A stretch of DNA of 64,000 bases from a virus (IMGVR_UViG_3300045257_000280:1377-65376), one strand, 5' to 3'. Counted from the first letter of the stretch, positions 8,626 through 19,033 are shown. The notes: a model not told the origin generated them from the letters alone. Numbers and translations: made by a program.

Positions 8626-10536
8626 TCATGGCAGCACCCTTATGGTCAGCGACACGTCGGCAGTGGCCGCCGCGCCTTCGACATTTGTCACGCGGAAATA
8701 AAGCGTGTTGGGAGTAGCGAGCGACGCCGCAACAGCCGAGATCGTGGATACGCCAGCGGTGGCCTGTGCATTATTGGCGGTCTGATCCGCGGTAGCTGAA
8801 ACCGTAATCGCGGTGCCGCTCGCAAGCAACGCTTGTCCGCCACCGGCTGTCGCCGTGAACACGCCAAACTGCGCAGTTGTCAGGCTGTGGCTGGCATTTG
8901 AGATATTGGCGAAGTGCAGCAAAATCCGCGTAAACCCGGCAGGCATCGTGAAGGCGAGCGCGGTGTCGGCGATGGCGTTGAAATTTACTGCCAGCGCCGT
9001 GGCAGTAATGTACGCCTGCTCAAGACTCGCCTGCGCCTGTGCGACTGTTAGATCAATTGGCGCGGCTGGGCTGCCGGTGTTGTTGCCCTTGAAGGTATTG
9101 GCCGCCATATTGGCCAGCTTCGCATTCGCGACCGAAGCGGCTTGCAGGTTATAGGCTGCGGTTTGGAGATCGCCAGCATCCGTCTGCGTTCCTTGAGTAA
9201 GAGATGACGCCACATTGCCGGGGAAGAATGTATCGACAGCAATCTGTCCGGTGTAAATATAACTGTTGAGAGCCACTACTCGTTGGCCCGTTGTTCCAGC
9301 AACACCAGCACCAGAAATTGTAGCGCTGCCAAAGTTTGCAGTGGCGTCAGTCAAGAAAAGAAATTCGCTCCCCCAAACTACCGCAGGATTGATTGTAATA
9401 GTTCCAGTCGCGACTAGATTTGCTCCACTCGTAACTGCGGCGTGAATTGCAATGTTTGAGTTGATTGTTTCGTTACCAAGATTGGTGACGGCACCCAATG
9501 TTATGCTGATGTGTCTGCCGTTCGTGCCCCACGATCCCCACACGACGTTGTTTATGTCGGCGATGGAAAATTGTGCCGCGGTAACGCCGAAGGAATTATT
9601 ACCCCCGGTAAGAGTTACGCAATTAAGTGAGAGTTCCCCACCGTCTTTTACGAAAATTCCAAGATCATTTGCAGGTATGGCAAGAACAACGTTTGCAGGC
9701 GAACCACAATTGCCGGTAACTGTGGTTAGGATTGAAGAACTGCCGCCCTCATTTCCTTGTATAGAACAAAGCGCATTATGAGAATCGACACTATTATAGG
9801 TGCCATCCGCAAGAATTATATTTAGATTAGCGCGGGTAAGAAATGTCGCGATGGAATCTCTAAGACTACACGCCCCCTTCAACGTACACGGCGTTCCAGA
9901 AGCCATGCAGGTGTTGTTGGTATCGTTACCGGTCGGGCTGGCGTAGAGGTTGAGGCCGCCGGCTGGGGCGAGTGGAACGCCGCTATCTTTCAGCAAAACA
10001 CCTGTCGTGCTGTCCCACAGCGGAATGTTGCCGACAACCGACGAGTTCGGCCCGTACACGATCCCGGTCGGCGAATTGCCGCAATCCTTCAGCAGCGTGC
10101 CGGCTGTGTTATTCCAGCAAGCGAAATTACCCGAGATCGAAGAAACCGGCCCCACCACCCCCGAGGTCGAGAACGGGAATTGGTAGATCACACCGTTGAG
10201 ATTCAGACTGAGCGGCAGCGCCGCGTCGGTGCCGAAATTCTGCACCGTGATGGTGGCGCCGCCCGCGTCGGTCGCGCCTAGGCAAATTTTCTGGGATCCG
10301 GCAGCCGAAGATAAGGCGCTCCACGCGCAGATTGTTTGACCTTGGCCTACCGTGCCGATCGAGGTGAGAAATGGAATCGCAGCCGTGCCGCAATCTTGCG
10401 CGATACCGTTAGTTGTGACACACCAAGCGTGGGTTGGTGTCACGTTCCCCGATTGTTTGATGGCCGTCCCAGTCTGCGCCGAAGCTACGCAGCAGCTCGC
10501 CAATAAGGCGACGGTGACGCTAAGGCAGCGGTTCAT
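8626..10536 (-). CDS. Tail fibre/spike-like protein with N-terminal export signal
   Basis: 636 aa, G/S/T/N-rich; repeated GPxSSxxGN..W..TxGxLLKD unit; [14 protein letters not shown] start of a beta-helix-like region; [13 protein letters not shown] fibre motif; signal [21 protein letters not shown]. Confidence 0.75.
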   Translation of the reverse strand: MNRCLSVTVALLASCCVASAQTGTAIKQSGNVTPTHAWCVTTNGIAQDCGTAAIPFLTSIGTVGQGQTICAWSALSSAAGSQKICLGATDAGGATITVQNFGTDAALPLSLNLNGVIYQFPFSTSGVVGPVSSISGNFACWNNTAGTLLKDCGNSPTGIVYGPNSSVVGNIPLWDSTTGVLLKDSGVPLAPAGGLNLYASPTGNDTNNTCMASGTPCTLKGACSLRDSIATFLTRANLNIILADGTYNSVDSHNALCSIQGNEGGSSSILTTVTGNCGSPANVVLAIPANDLGIFVKDGGELSLNCVTLTGGNNSFGVTAAQFSIADINNVVWGSWGTNGRHISITLGAVTNLGNETINSNIAIHAAVTSGANLVATGTITINPAVVWGSEFLFLTDATANFGSATISGAGVAGTTGQRVVALNSYIYTGQIAVDTFFPGNVASSLTQGTQTDAGDLQTAAYNLQAASVANAKLANMAANTFKGNNTGSPAAPIDLTVAQAQASLEQAYITATALAVNFNAIADTALAFTMPAGFTRILLHFANISNASHSLTTAQFGVFTATAGGGQALLASGTAITVSATADQTANNAQATAGVSTISAVAASLATPNTLYFRVTNVEGAAATADVSLTIRVLP

Positions 10537-11011
10537 AAAAACAGCTCACATTCGCCGTCGCCGCGACGCCTTGCGCCGTCTGCGTCCGAAAATAGATCGT
10601 GGTGTCGTTCAGCGCAATCGTGTTCTGATTCACGATCGTCAGCGACTGCATATTGTTGTTGGTGTCGCCCAAATTGGTGCTGATCGTACAGGCAGTCGCG
10701 CTCGCCACAATATTGACACCCGCGGCGGCGGCCTGCGTGTAGACGCTACAAGTTGCGGTGGTCAAAGTGCCTGATGCGCCCGAGATCAGGATCCGGTTGA
10801 TGCGGTAGCGGGTGAACCCGGCTGGCAGATTGATGGAGATCGGGTTGTCGGTATTTGCGGCATTGAAATTAACGCCCAGAATCGTCGATTGGAGCTGCGA
10901 GTAGGTGTTGGCGAATGAAAAACCGGCGTCGCCAATTACTCCATCGGTTACAGCAGCCATCAAATGGCCGGGAGTGACGCTGCCGGATTGAAGAACCGAT
11001 TGGGTGCTCAC
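10520..11011 (-). CDS. Small virion/fibre-associated protein, paralogous to both ends of the 8626-10536 product
   Basis: [10 protein letters not shown]-terminal motif and [21 protein letters not shown]-terminal domain; GTG start. Confidence 0.7.
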   Translation of the reverse strand: MSTQSVLQSGSVTPGHLMAAVTDGVIGDAGFSFANTYSQLQSTILGVNFNAANTDNPISINLPAGFTRYRINRILISGASGTLTTATCSVYTQAAAAGVNIVASATACTISTNLGDTNNNMQSLTIVNQNTIALNDTTIYFRTQTAQGVAATANVSCFYEPLP

Positions 11012-11069
11012 GGCACCCCCGGCATCAACTGCACCACGATGTTTTCGAGGGTCATGGTGTCGGTCGCCT

Positions 11070-12230
11070 TTAGCTGAGTGGGAGGATTTGTATAGTCACA
11101 TTCGCGGTAGCCGCTGATCCTTGAGCATTTTGCACCCGAAAATAGATAGGCGACACGTTGTAAGACGTTGCCGATGCGCCAACAATTCCTGGCGCCTGCG
11201 CATTATTCGTTGTGTTTTCTGACGCGCTCGAAAGCGTAACCGCTGTTCCCGATGCTACCATCGCGGTCCCCGCCCCACCCGCAGCAGAAAAAACACCAAA
11301 TGTTGCGGTTGTCAGCGAAGCGCTCGCGCCAGAGATTATGACGAGGTTTAACCGATAGCGCGTGAAACCAGTCGGCAGCGTGATCGTGATCGGATTGTCG
11401 GTATTGGCTGAATTGAAATCGACTCCTGAAATCTTAAACAACAGCGTGCTAAGCGCGAGATTCGCCTGCGCCCCCGCAGTCGTCGTCGCGCCTGTGCCGC
11501 CGTTGGCGATAGGTAACGCGACATTCGGATTGACCGAGAATTTCGTATAAGTCAGCGGATCGGTGCCGACCGTAGCAACCGCCGAAGTCAGCAGCCATGA
11601 CGTAGTGCCGTTCACCGTGCCGTTAACGACCGGAATGGCCCCGGTATTGTTGATATCGCTCGGCGCATCGTAATCGAGCGCGCGGGTCAGGATCGGCGGC
11701 AGGATGCCGGTCTGCAACTGCGTGACGTAATAGACGCCGTTGAACGCACCGGACGGCGATTGGGTATCGTTCTTAATCAGGACGCGCTGATTGAGCGCCG
11801 TGAAAGTGAAGCCATCGACAGTAAATGCGGTATTGACAGAGCCAGTGAAGAACGCGCCGATCCCGGCAGCGCCGTTGTTATAGGTCAGCCCGCTGGTGTC
11901 CGAGGCTTGCGTGGTCGCGGCTTGGACGGCGACGGCAGGGTTGACGCCCGCGATGGCGTTCGCGACCGCCGTGGTTGTAAATGACGTGGTCGCGATTTGA
12001 GTGGTATTGGTGCCCGCCGCAGCCGTTGCGGCGGTAGGAGCGCCAGTTAGCCCGACCGACGCTTTGATTGTCGGATTTGGAAACGTACCCGTCAAATCGC
12101 CACCGGCTGCGCCCGTAGTGCCGCCGCTAACCGCATTTGGCACGCCCATGCCAGATTGGTTAGGAACTTGCGCGTTAGCTGGCGCAAAAAATGCCGAGCC
12201 TACAAATAGAAAAAATCGCCGAGCGATCAT
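11070..12230 (-). CDS. Tail fibre-like protein with N-terminal signal-like peptide
   Basis: Start MIARRFFLFVGSAFFAPANAQ overlaps the upstream stop; LTGAPTAATAAAGTNTTQIATT fibre repeat; VQAATT..NQRVLIKN..NGVYYV..LTRA.D fibre domain; shared C-terminal domain. Confidence 0.75.
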   Translation of the reverse strand: MIARRFFLFVGSAFFAPANAQVPNQSGMGVPNAVSGGTTGAAGGDLTGTFPNPTIKASVGLTGAPTAATAAAGTNTTQIATTSFTTTAVANAIAGVNPAVAVQAATTQASDTSGLTYNNGAAGIGAFFTGSVNTAFTVDGFTFTALNQRVLIKNDTQSPSGAFNGVYYVTQLQTGILPPILTRALDYDAPSDINNTGAIPVVNGTVNGTTSWLLTSAVATVGTDPLTYTKFSVNPNVALPIANGGTGATTTAGAQANLALSTLLFKISGVDFNSANTDNPITITLPTGFTRYRLNLVIISGASASLTTATFGVFSAAGGAGTAMVASGTAVTLSSASENTTNNAQAPGIVGASATSYNVSPIYFRVQNAQGSAATANVTIQILPLS

Positions 12231-12661
12231 TTCGCGTACTCGGCATCGATGGTGGCGGTTCCGGTCTGCTGGATGAATCTCAAATTCGCCAACGTGGTGG
12301 CACCCGAGAATGCCGCGCATTGCCCCGCCGCTATGGGCATCCCCACCGAGGAAGTTGGCGTCGTGGTGCCATCCCAGGTCCATCGCACTCCTTGGGTCTC
12401 GGCGCACACCACCGCGTAGGTGGCGCCAGCCGGGATCGTCAAAGCAGTTGAGGACACGACTCCCACGGCGTTTTGTGAGGGTGTGAGGGGTGTGTAGGCG
12501 TAAGGCGCCCCACCCGTCACGGCGAGCGGTACGCTCGTGGCACACGGTGCCCAATCGTTTGGTGCCGCCAGGCCGGTGGGGCAAAAGAGTCGAACGCTGG
12601 CCTGGGCGTGCGCAAGACTTGGAGCGAGCAACAAACAAAGAAGTGCGAGAATCCTGATCAT
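12227..12661 (-). CDS. Signal-peptide-bearing beta-rich protein
   Basis: MIRILALLCLLLAPSLAHA|Q; LTIPAGATYAVV..VRWTWDGTTPT..G.PI motif typical of phage decoration-type proteins. Confidence 0.7.
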   Translation of the reverse strand: MIRILALLCLLLAPSLAHAQASVRLFCPTGLAAPNDWAPCATSVPLAVTGGAPYAYTPLTPSQNAVGVVSSTALTIPAGATYAVVCAETQGVRWTWDGTTTPTSSVGMPIAAGQCAAFSGATTLANLRFIQQTGTATIDAEYAK

Positions 12662-12942
12662 GCGCGCCTCACCAGATAATTCGCCGTCAGGACGAACAAC
12701 GCGTAGATGGTCAGCGACACGATCTGATAGATGTCCGGCTTAGGGGTGAGATACCACAACCAGAACGCCGAGCCGACCGTGAGCAGCGGAAACACCGATG
12801 CGAACGCGATCAGCGCCCGCTGCGACAGAGCCTTAAGACCCAGCCGCAGCATCTCGAAGCCGACCTGATCGGCGTGACCCGCCTGCCCGCCTTCGGCGGG
12901 TTCAGTTTCGGGAACGACTTCAAGCCGGAATGGTTCGGCCAT
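12658..12942 (-). CDS. Two-TM membrane protein
   Basis: MAEPFRLEVV start with GGAG RBS; two hydrophobic segments. Confidence 0.6.
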   Translation of the reverse strand: MAEPFRLEVVPETEPAEGGQAGHADQVGFEMLRLGLKALSQRALIAFASVFPLLTVGSAFWLWYLTPKPDIYQIVSLTIYALFVLTANYLVRRA

Positions 12943-13162
12943 TCGGGGTCTCCTTGTCGGCATCGGCCATTTGGGTACGCAAATCCTCGATGGTCGGCTC
13001 GTCAGAGTCGCCACCGCCTTTCGGCTCGACCTTTTTCAAGGCCGCATAATAAGGTGTCAGGGATTTTAGCGCATCTATGCGAGTTTGGATAGGGGTGTCG
13101 TCTTTGAGCGCTTCCAGAGCGGTTTTTTGTGCCAATTTCTCAATATCTTGGAGGGTGGTCAT
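12920..13162 (-). CDS. Hypothetical protein
   Basis: 80-aa ORF coupled to the upstream ejection gene (ATGA overlap). Confidence 0.6.
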   Translation of the reverse strand: MTTLQDIEKLAQKTALEALKDDTPIQTRIDALKSLTPYYAALKKVEPKGGGDSDEPTIEDLRTQMADADKETPNGRTIPA

Positions 13163-16113
13163 TGCGCGGTTCCGCCCATCATCAGCCCCTGATTGGGTGT
13201 CTGGAATTGCGATTCGCCGACACCTGCGCCAACCGCGCCGCCGATCTTCATCCTCTGCTGCACGGTCTCGCGCACCATCTCGCGCGCCTGCTCGTTACCC
13301 TTCAGTCCCTTCGCCATCCAGCTTATGAACGCCGGGTTGTTGGCCAGATCGGTGATGAACTTGAAATACTTGCCCAGCATCCAGCGCCCGGCCGCATCAA
13401 GACCCGGAACGAGTTTACCCGCCGCCTTGCCGAGCGGGATGCTCGACCACGGATGCTCGACCTTCGACATTGCCGCAAGCCCGCCCGCCATGTTGGTGCC
13501 GAGCGAACCGCGTGTGCCCATCAGAAAGTCCATCTCGCGCGCGAGCGTTCGCATCTGATCGAGGCTCACACCCGGAAACATGATGCGTTGCACTTCCTCG
13601 GACACCTTCGCCAACTTGGTGCCGGGTGTCAGCGATCCGGTGAGAAGTTTTTGTGCCCAGGTCTGGCGCAACAGATTGAATTCCGCCGATTGCGGGCCGA
13701 ACTTGCTGGCTGTGGCGATGATCAAGTCCTCGCTGCCGAGAATCTTATCCACGGCCTCGGACGCGCCGACCGATTCATCGTACAAAAAGTCCAGCGGGTT
13801 GTTGGTCTTCAGATGCTTGCGTGCCAGGTGCTTGGTGTTGGCCAGCTTGCTGTCGATAGCGCGCACTTCCTTGGTCAGCACACCAAGCGGATCGGCTTTC
13901 GCCGCCGCTTTTGCCGCATCCGCCGCTACTTTGGCTTTGCTGATGATGTCGCGGATCGTGTCGCCCGGCCGCGCCGGAACTTCCAGCCGTCCGGCCAGCG
14001 CTTCAATGTTTTGCGCCTGCTCCAACAACTTCTGGGTCACTTCCCGGCCATGGACCGCTTCGAGCATGCCACTGCGATAACGCTCCAGCACCTGCGAGAC
14101 GAAGCGCCGGCCATCGATCTGGCCGGTGAGCGACTTCGATTGCTCCAACATCTCGCTCACGTCGGCTGCCTTGACGCCGGCCCACAGGTTGGGACCGACC
14201 ATCTCGGCCACTTTCTTGGTCAAGTCCGAGCGGCCTTCCTTGACGATGGTATCGAACAGCACCTTGGGATCGGCCGGCAGCCCGGCATCGAGACCGTCCA
14301 CGACCGCCTGGATGCGCTTGTCGTTGAACTGGCCCATGTTCTCACGATAGAAATTGTCGGCCTCGCGGAGTTGCTTGGCGGCGGCTTGCAGCTCGGGCAC
14401 CGCATTCGCGTCGTTGAGAATCTCATCGACCCGGTTGGCGAAGAACTTGAACGTGCCCTGCTTCACGTCGGGCGTCAGATTCAAACGGTTATAGTTCGAA
14501 CGCAGCGCCGAGCGCAAGTTATGCAATTGCGCCCAGGTCGGTTCGACCGGCTCCTTCTTCCAACCCTCGACAATGTTGCCTTCCTTGTCGGTCGCCCGCA
14601 CGCCCGCCATGTCCCGCAACTGCTTGACGATCGATGGATACTCCTTCTCGAACCCCTCGGGCATCTGCTCCAGAAATGCGCCCGCGCGCTCCGACAAGCC
14701 GCTCACGTCAGGCTTCAGTCCGCCCGACAATTCTTCGGCCTCGCTGTACATCTTGTTGGCGCGCGTCATGATTCCCGCGCGCATCTTCTGAATTTTCTCC
14801 GCGACCTGTTGCCACAACGAGCCGCTATTGTGCCCGGCCTTCACCGCATCCATGGCGGCGCGGCTCGACGTTTCGATCTCCTGGAACCCGGCATCGATCA
14901 CCTTCTGGGCGGCGTTGCGCGCCTCGCTGGCGGCGGCTTCGAGCTGCCGGGTTTGGCCTTCTTGCGTCTTGACTTTTTCCTCGACCGTACCGGCAATCTC
15001 GGTGCGGCGCGCTTCGAGCGTCGCCCGCAATTTCTCATCCGCCTGGCGCAATTCGTCACGAGTGCGGCCCAGCACGGCCTCGCCCGCGCGCTCGGTCGAG
15101 ACTGCGGCCTCGGGTTCGGTCAACGATTTGATCTTGGAGGTGTCGGCTCCAAGCCCTTCGAGAATTTCCTTACCGGATTTCTCGTAATGCCCGGTTGCGG
15201 ATTCAAGCAACGGGTCCTGGGTGCGAAATGCCGGATCGAACCGCTCGGCGATATTGATGACGTGCGGGGCTTCCTTCATGTGGGCCGAGGGTGGCACCAG
15301 CACGTCCTTTTCCCGCAAGGCCGACGCCTGCGCGGCTCCCTCGGGGGTCTCGCCCAGGAAGCCCGCCACGGCCTTGGGGAGCGCGTTCTTGACCGCACCC
15401 TTGATGGCAGGCGCCACTGCCGCCAGCCCGCGCCCGGCCGCCGTACCGACACCGCCAAACAGGCCCGCCATGCCCAACTCGCCGGCTTCCTCGGTGCCGG
15501 TACGGTCGTACACCCCCGCCAGCGCCATGATGGCGTCGTTGAAACCCTGACCCGCCATGGCCCCACCAGCGCCGCCCGCAACCCCACCCGCGAAGGTGCC
15601 GGGGCCGGGCGCTACCGCGGTGCCCCCAACCGCACCCGCGACTTCGCCCGCGATCGAGCCGAGCACCGGGGCCGCCTGGGCGGCGATAAACGAGCCGGGC
15701 GACTTGTTATAGCCGCGAGCGCGCCGCAAGGTGCCGTCTTCATCGACGTACATCTCGCCGGTCTGCTTGTTGGTCTTGACCTTGCCGGGGTAGCCGCGTT
15801 CCAGCGCTTTCTTGCGCTCGGAATCAGTGACGCTCATATTGTAGAGTGTCTGGGTGGTGAAATCGAGATCGTCGTACTTGGGGGACGTGCGCGTATTACC
15901 TTCAGGGTCGATGTAGGGCACGCCTTCGGGCAGCGACGCGTACTCGCTCGCATCCTTGACCCGGTACGGCTTGGTGCGAGTTTGCCCCTTGGGGTCAAGA
16001 TAATCTTCGCCGGCCGGCACCGCGTCGTAGGATTTGGTATCGGTCACGCTCGGCAACTTGAATTCAAGTTCCGGTACGACACCTTCGGTGCTGCTGATCA
16101 GTGCTTGAGCCAT
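13159..16113 (-). CDS. Large internal virion/DNA-ejection protein
   Basis: ~984 aa, helical, Ala/Gly-rich hydrophobic patch; third gene of the ejection trio downstream of the tail genes; start MAQALISS. Confidence 0.7.
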   Translation of the reverse strand: MAQALISSTEGVVPELEFKLPSVTDTKSYDAVPAGEDYLDPKGQTRTKPYRVKDASEYASLPEGVPYIDPEGNTRTSPKYDDLDFTTQTLYNMSVTDSERKKALERGYPGKVKTNKQTGEMYVDEDGTLRRARGYNKSPGSFIAAQAAPVLGSIAGEVAGAVGGTAVAPGPGTFAGGVAGGAGGAMAGQGFNDAIMALAGVYDRTGTEEAGELGMAGLFGGVGTAAGRGLAAVAPAIKGAVKNALPKAVAGFLGETPEGAAQASALREKDVLVPPSAHMKEAPHVINIAERFDPAFRTQDPLLESATGHYEKSGKEILEGLGADTSKIKSLTEPEAAVSTERAGEAVLGRTRDELRQADEKLRATLEARRTEIAGTVEEKVKTQEGQTRQLEAAASEARNAAQKVIDAGFQEIETSSRAAMDAVKAGHNSGSLWQQVAEKIQKMRAGIMTRANKMYSEAEELSGGLKPDVSGLSERAGAFLEQMPEGFEKEYPSIVKQLRDMAGVRATDKEGNIVEGWKKEPVEPTWAQLHNLRSALRSNYNRLNLTPDVKQGTFKFFANRVDEILNDANAVPELQAAAKQLREADNFYRENMGQFNDKRIQAVVDGLDAGLPADPKVLFDTIVKEGRSDLTKKVAEMVGPNLWAGVKAADVSEMLEQSKSLTGQIDGRRFVSQVLERYRSGMLEAVHGREVTQKLLEQAQNIEALAGRLEVPARPGDTIRDIISKAKVAADAAKAAAKADPLGVLTKEVRAIDSKLANTKHLARKHLKTNNPLDFLYDESVGASEAVDKILGSEDLIIATASKFGPQSAEFNLLRQTWAQKLLTGSLTPGTKLAKVSEEVQRIMFPGVSLDQMRTLAREMDFLMGTRGSLGTNMAGGLAAMSKVEHPWSSIPLGKAAGKLVPGLDAAGRWMLGKYFKFITDLANNPAFISWMAKGLKGNEQAREMVRETVQQRMKIGGAVGAGVGESQFQTPNQGLMMGGTAQ

Positions 16114-16114
16114 G

Positions 16115-17830
16115 TCACTTCTGAATCGGATCGCTTTCCCACGGCTTATCTTCGGTCTCGACAGGCGCAGCGGCTGGCGAGACGGTCGAACCGCCCAGCG
16201 CTGCCGCATCGCGATCGCGAATGACCTTCAAGCGCTCTTTCAATTCTTTCATCGCTCGGAGCGTGTTGGCCGTAGTGTCGCCCAGGCTCAAACCCGCGAT
16301 GATATCGCTGATATGAGCAGCCTCAGCCGACAAAGGCCGTCCGGTTTTCTGGTCGAGCAAGAGGCGTGGCCCCATGAGCTGCAATTGCGAGATGTCGCGC
16401 ATCATCTGCACGCGATCGGTCTGGTTCGAACCCAGAAGGTTGCCGACACGCTCGCCGACCCGCGTAGCTCGCCCCGCCACACCGGCCGCCCCCACATAGC
16501 GGTTGAGCGTCTTGTCGATGCCGTCGATCAGCTTGAGCGCATCGTCGTACTGGCCGATGTGTGACTTGGCATCGAGCGCCTTGTTGCCGGTGACGGGCGG
16601 CGCCGTCGCCTCGGTGGCCTTTTTCAGCGCTTCCTCGCGCGTGTAAAGCTTGTCGGTCGCCGGATTGGTTTGCTTCATCAAGTCTTCGACAAGCTGAGCC
16701 TTTTCCTTTGCAATGGACGGCGCCGCGCTGGACGGTTTCTGCGCACTCGATATATCACCAATAATCTTGTTGTGGGCGGCGTCGCGTTCTTCCTTCGGGG
16801 CGTCGGGGTTTGCCGCATCCCACGCATCCATCTGCTTCTGCATTTCGTTCATGGCGGGATTCGCCCGTCCACCGTATCGCGCTCGCGCCACGCCACTCAC
16901 CGCATCCTGAATCTTTTTATTCTGTTCCTCAATCGACAAGTCGCGGAAACCCGGTTGCGCCACCAGCCCATGGACGACGATTTCTTCCGGTGTGCGCGGC
17001 GCCGTCATGATCATGTCGGCATCAGCGGCTGCCTGGGCGATCTTCTGCGGGTCCTTGCTGTCGGCACGAAGCGCGTCGAACACCTGGCGGCGTATCTCGT
17101 TGTTCTCGATCAGCTCGGTAGCCTTGACGTGATCGACCCGCACCTTGTCGAGCGCATCGCGCGCCTCGAAATACTGCTGGTTCATGCCATTTTCCAGCAA
17201 AACCCGCATGCGCTGATCGTTGAACCGCGACGTGAGCGCGAGCGCCTGTGCGCGCCATTCCTCCATATTGGAGGATCGCAACTTATCAATCTGGCCGAAC
17301 TGCTTTTCTTCCAGCTCCATGCGCTTCTCGACCAAACGACTATTTTCCTTCCAGGCGTCGAACGCCTTGTGATAGTCGTCCATCTTGCCCGCATTGATGG
17401 CGTTCATGGCGGCGGCGCCCGCATTGAGGGCCGAGTTCATCGGCATGGCGGTAAACGCCGAACCCAGCATGGCGATCACGAAGCCCGGCGAGCCGAACTG
17501 CTCCCACAGGTCCGTTTTGGTCTTCTTAAGTTCTTCGCCTGCGTTCCACGGCTTGAGTTCGCTCGCAGTCGCGCTCTCCACACTGATAATATGATCCATC
17601 CGGCCCCGATATTCCTCGTCACGCTTCGCCTGCATGGACGCCATGCCGGCCTCGGCGCCGATCTTCTGGTCCAACAACTTGGTGTCGGCATCGAGGATCG
17701 ACTTGTACTTCGGGTCGCCGGTCAAATCGTCGAAACTGCGGGAAGGCTGATCGGGTGTCGAATCCTTGCCCGCCATCGCGCCGGGAGGCGGCGCATTGGC
17801 GTCGGTCGCGGTGTCAAACGCATTGCTCAT
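16115..17830 (-). CDS. Internal virion/ejection protein
   Basis: 571 aa helical protein with a hydrophobic segment GFVIAMLGSAF; syntenic position. Confidence 0.65.
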   Translation of the reverse strand: MSNAFDTATDANAPPPGAMAGKDSTPDQPSRSFDDLTGDPKYKSILDADTKLLDQKIGAEAGMASMQAKRDEEYRGRMDHIISVESATASELKPWNAGEELKKTKTDLWEQFGSPGFVIAMLGSAFTAMPMNSALNAGAAAMNAINAGKMDDYHKAFDAWKENSRLVEKRMELEEKQFGQIDKLRSSNMEEWRAQALALTSRFNDQRMRVLLENGMNQQYFEARDALDKVRVDHVKATELIENNEIRRQVFDALRADSKDPQKIAQAAADADMIMTAPRTPEEIVVHGLVAQPGFRDLSIEEQNKKIQDAVSGVARARYGGRANPAMNEMQKQMDAWDAANPDAPKEERDAAHNKIIGDISSAQKPSSAAPSIAKEKAQLVEDLMKQTNPATDKLYTREEALKKATEATAPPVTGNKALDAKSHIGQYDDALKLIDGIDKTLNRYVGAAGVAGRATRVGERVGNLLGSNQTDRVQMMRDISQLQLMGPRLLLDQKTGRPLSAEAAHISDIIAGLSLGDTTANTLRAMKELKERLKVIRDRDAAALGGSTVSPAAAPVETEDKPWESDPIQK

Positions 17831-19033
17831 TTACGCCGCTTGCTGTTGCTGGCCGCGATTGCCACCATTGATCGCCGCGGCGAAATTGGCGAGCGCCTTG
17901 GACATCGAGTCGTTGAGTTCCTGGTTGAGCTTCGAGAGCTGGATGGGAATCTCGGCCGACAGGCTGGTGGCCGACAGGCCCGCCGACAGCAGCGAATTCG
18001 CGGTCTGGACCATCTGGTTTCCGGCTTGCGAGAGCTGCTGTTCGAGCTGGCCCTTGAGCGCCAGCGACTGCTGATCGACCGCCGCCAAATCCTGCTGAAG
18101 CGCCGAGTTCTGCTGCGGGTTGGTGGACATGCCGCGCGCCGCATAGCCCTGGATCACCCCCGCCTTGGCGGCGGCGATCTTCTGGTCGAGCTGCGACTGA
18201 AATTCCTGCGGCAGCGTCCCGCTCGACAGGTACGACATCAGCGTGTTGCCCTGACTGAGCAACGGCTGGGCGGCACCAAGCTCGGTTTGAGCGATCTGGG
18301 CTGCTTGGTCGGCCTTGGCCTTTTCCGAGGCGTTGAGCGCATTGAGCTGCTTTTTCTGCTGGTAGCCCTGGTAGCCCGCCAGCCCCAGCCCGGCCGCGCC
18401 CACGAACGGGCTTGCGGATTTCAGCGCGCCCCCAACCGCCGAGACACCGCTGCCCAGACTGTCCAGGATGCCCCCACCGCCCGCAGCGGCGCCCGCTGAG
18501 CCACCAGCGCCCCCGCCAGCAGCACCCAAGTCGGCGCCGGCCTCCACCGCCTGCCCGGCTATGCCCCCCGCTCCTGGAGCCGCCGCAGGCAGCGCGAACG
18601 CATCGGCAGCCCCTGCGCCCCCAATGGCGCCGCCGGACGGCCCTGCAAACGCCAAAGCGTCACCCGGCAAGCCCCCGGCTCCACCCGCACCAATAGCCGC
18701 GTCAATAGCTCCCAGCGCATCCCCACCGGCTGCCACACCTCCCGCCGCGTCCGCAGCCGCCCCCACATCTGCAAAGACATCCGCGCCCGCCACCAAAGCA
18801 GGGTCTAGGGCCGCATCGGCACCCAGCAGCGCACCGCCGCCCGCCAGGAACGGCAAATCGGCGCCGAACGTTAGGGCCGTAGCGGCTGCGGCCGGAACTG
18901 CGATTTCGAGGTCCTTAAGCCAAGATGGCTGCTTGGCGAAGTCGTGCCCGGCGTCGTTGAAGATATTGCCGGGATTCAGGTCATGCCCGAGGTTGCCGAA
19001 ATTGCCTTTGAAAAGATCCGAAAAAAACGAGAT
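17831..19033 (-). CDS. Gly/Ala-rich ejection (pilot) protein, probable ATC start
   Basis: The frame stays open to ATC at 19033, 5 nt after GGAGG, giving (M)SFFSDLFKGNFG...; Gly/Ala-rich N-half, Gln-rich helical C-half. Confidence 0.7.
   Translation of the reverse strand: MSFFSDLFKGNFGNLGHDLNPGNIFNDAGHDFAKQPSWLKDLEIAVPAAAATALTFGADLPFLAGGGALLGADAALDPALVAGADVFADVGAAADAAGGVAAGGDALGAIDAAIGAGGAGGLPGDALAFAGPSGGAIGGAGAADAFALPAAAPGAGGIAGQAVEAGADLGAAGGGAGGSAGAAAGGGGILDSLGSGVSAVGGALKSASPFVGAAGLGLAGYQGYQQKKQLNALNASEKAKADQAAQIAQTELGAAQPLLSQGNTLMSYLSSGTLPQEFQSQLDQKIAAAKAGVIQGYAARGMSTNPQQNSALQQDLAAVDQQSLALKGQLEQQLSQAGNQMVQTANSLLSAGLSATSLSAEIPIQLSKLNQELNDSMSKALANFAAAINGGNRGQQQQAA

Noticed and set aside
8626-12230. 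Diversity-generating retroelement or invertible fibre cassette
   Set aside because: No reverse transcriptase; the paralogous domains differ at all base types, are co-oriented, and I saw no flanking inverted repeats.
13159-16113. Tape-measure protein
   Set aside because: No tail tube, tail chaperone or baseplate genes; position in a trio after tubular A/B fits podovirus ejection proteins.
13129-18499. Very long plus-strand ORFs (1031 aa, 609 aa) and similar ones at 24978, 28059, 38011 and 43085
   Set aside because: Antisense shadows of GC3-rich minus-strand genes; no RBS or motifs, and Arg/Leu/His-biased composition.
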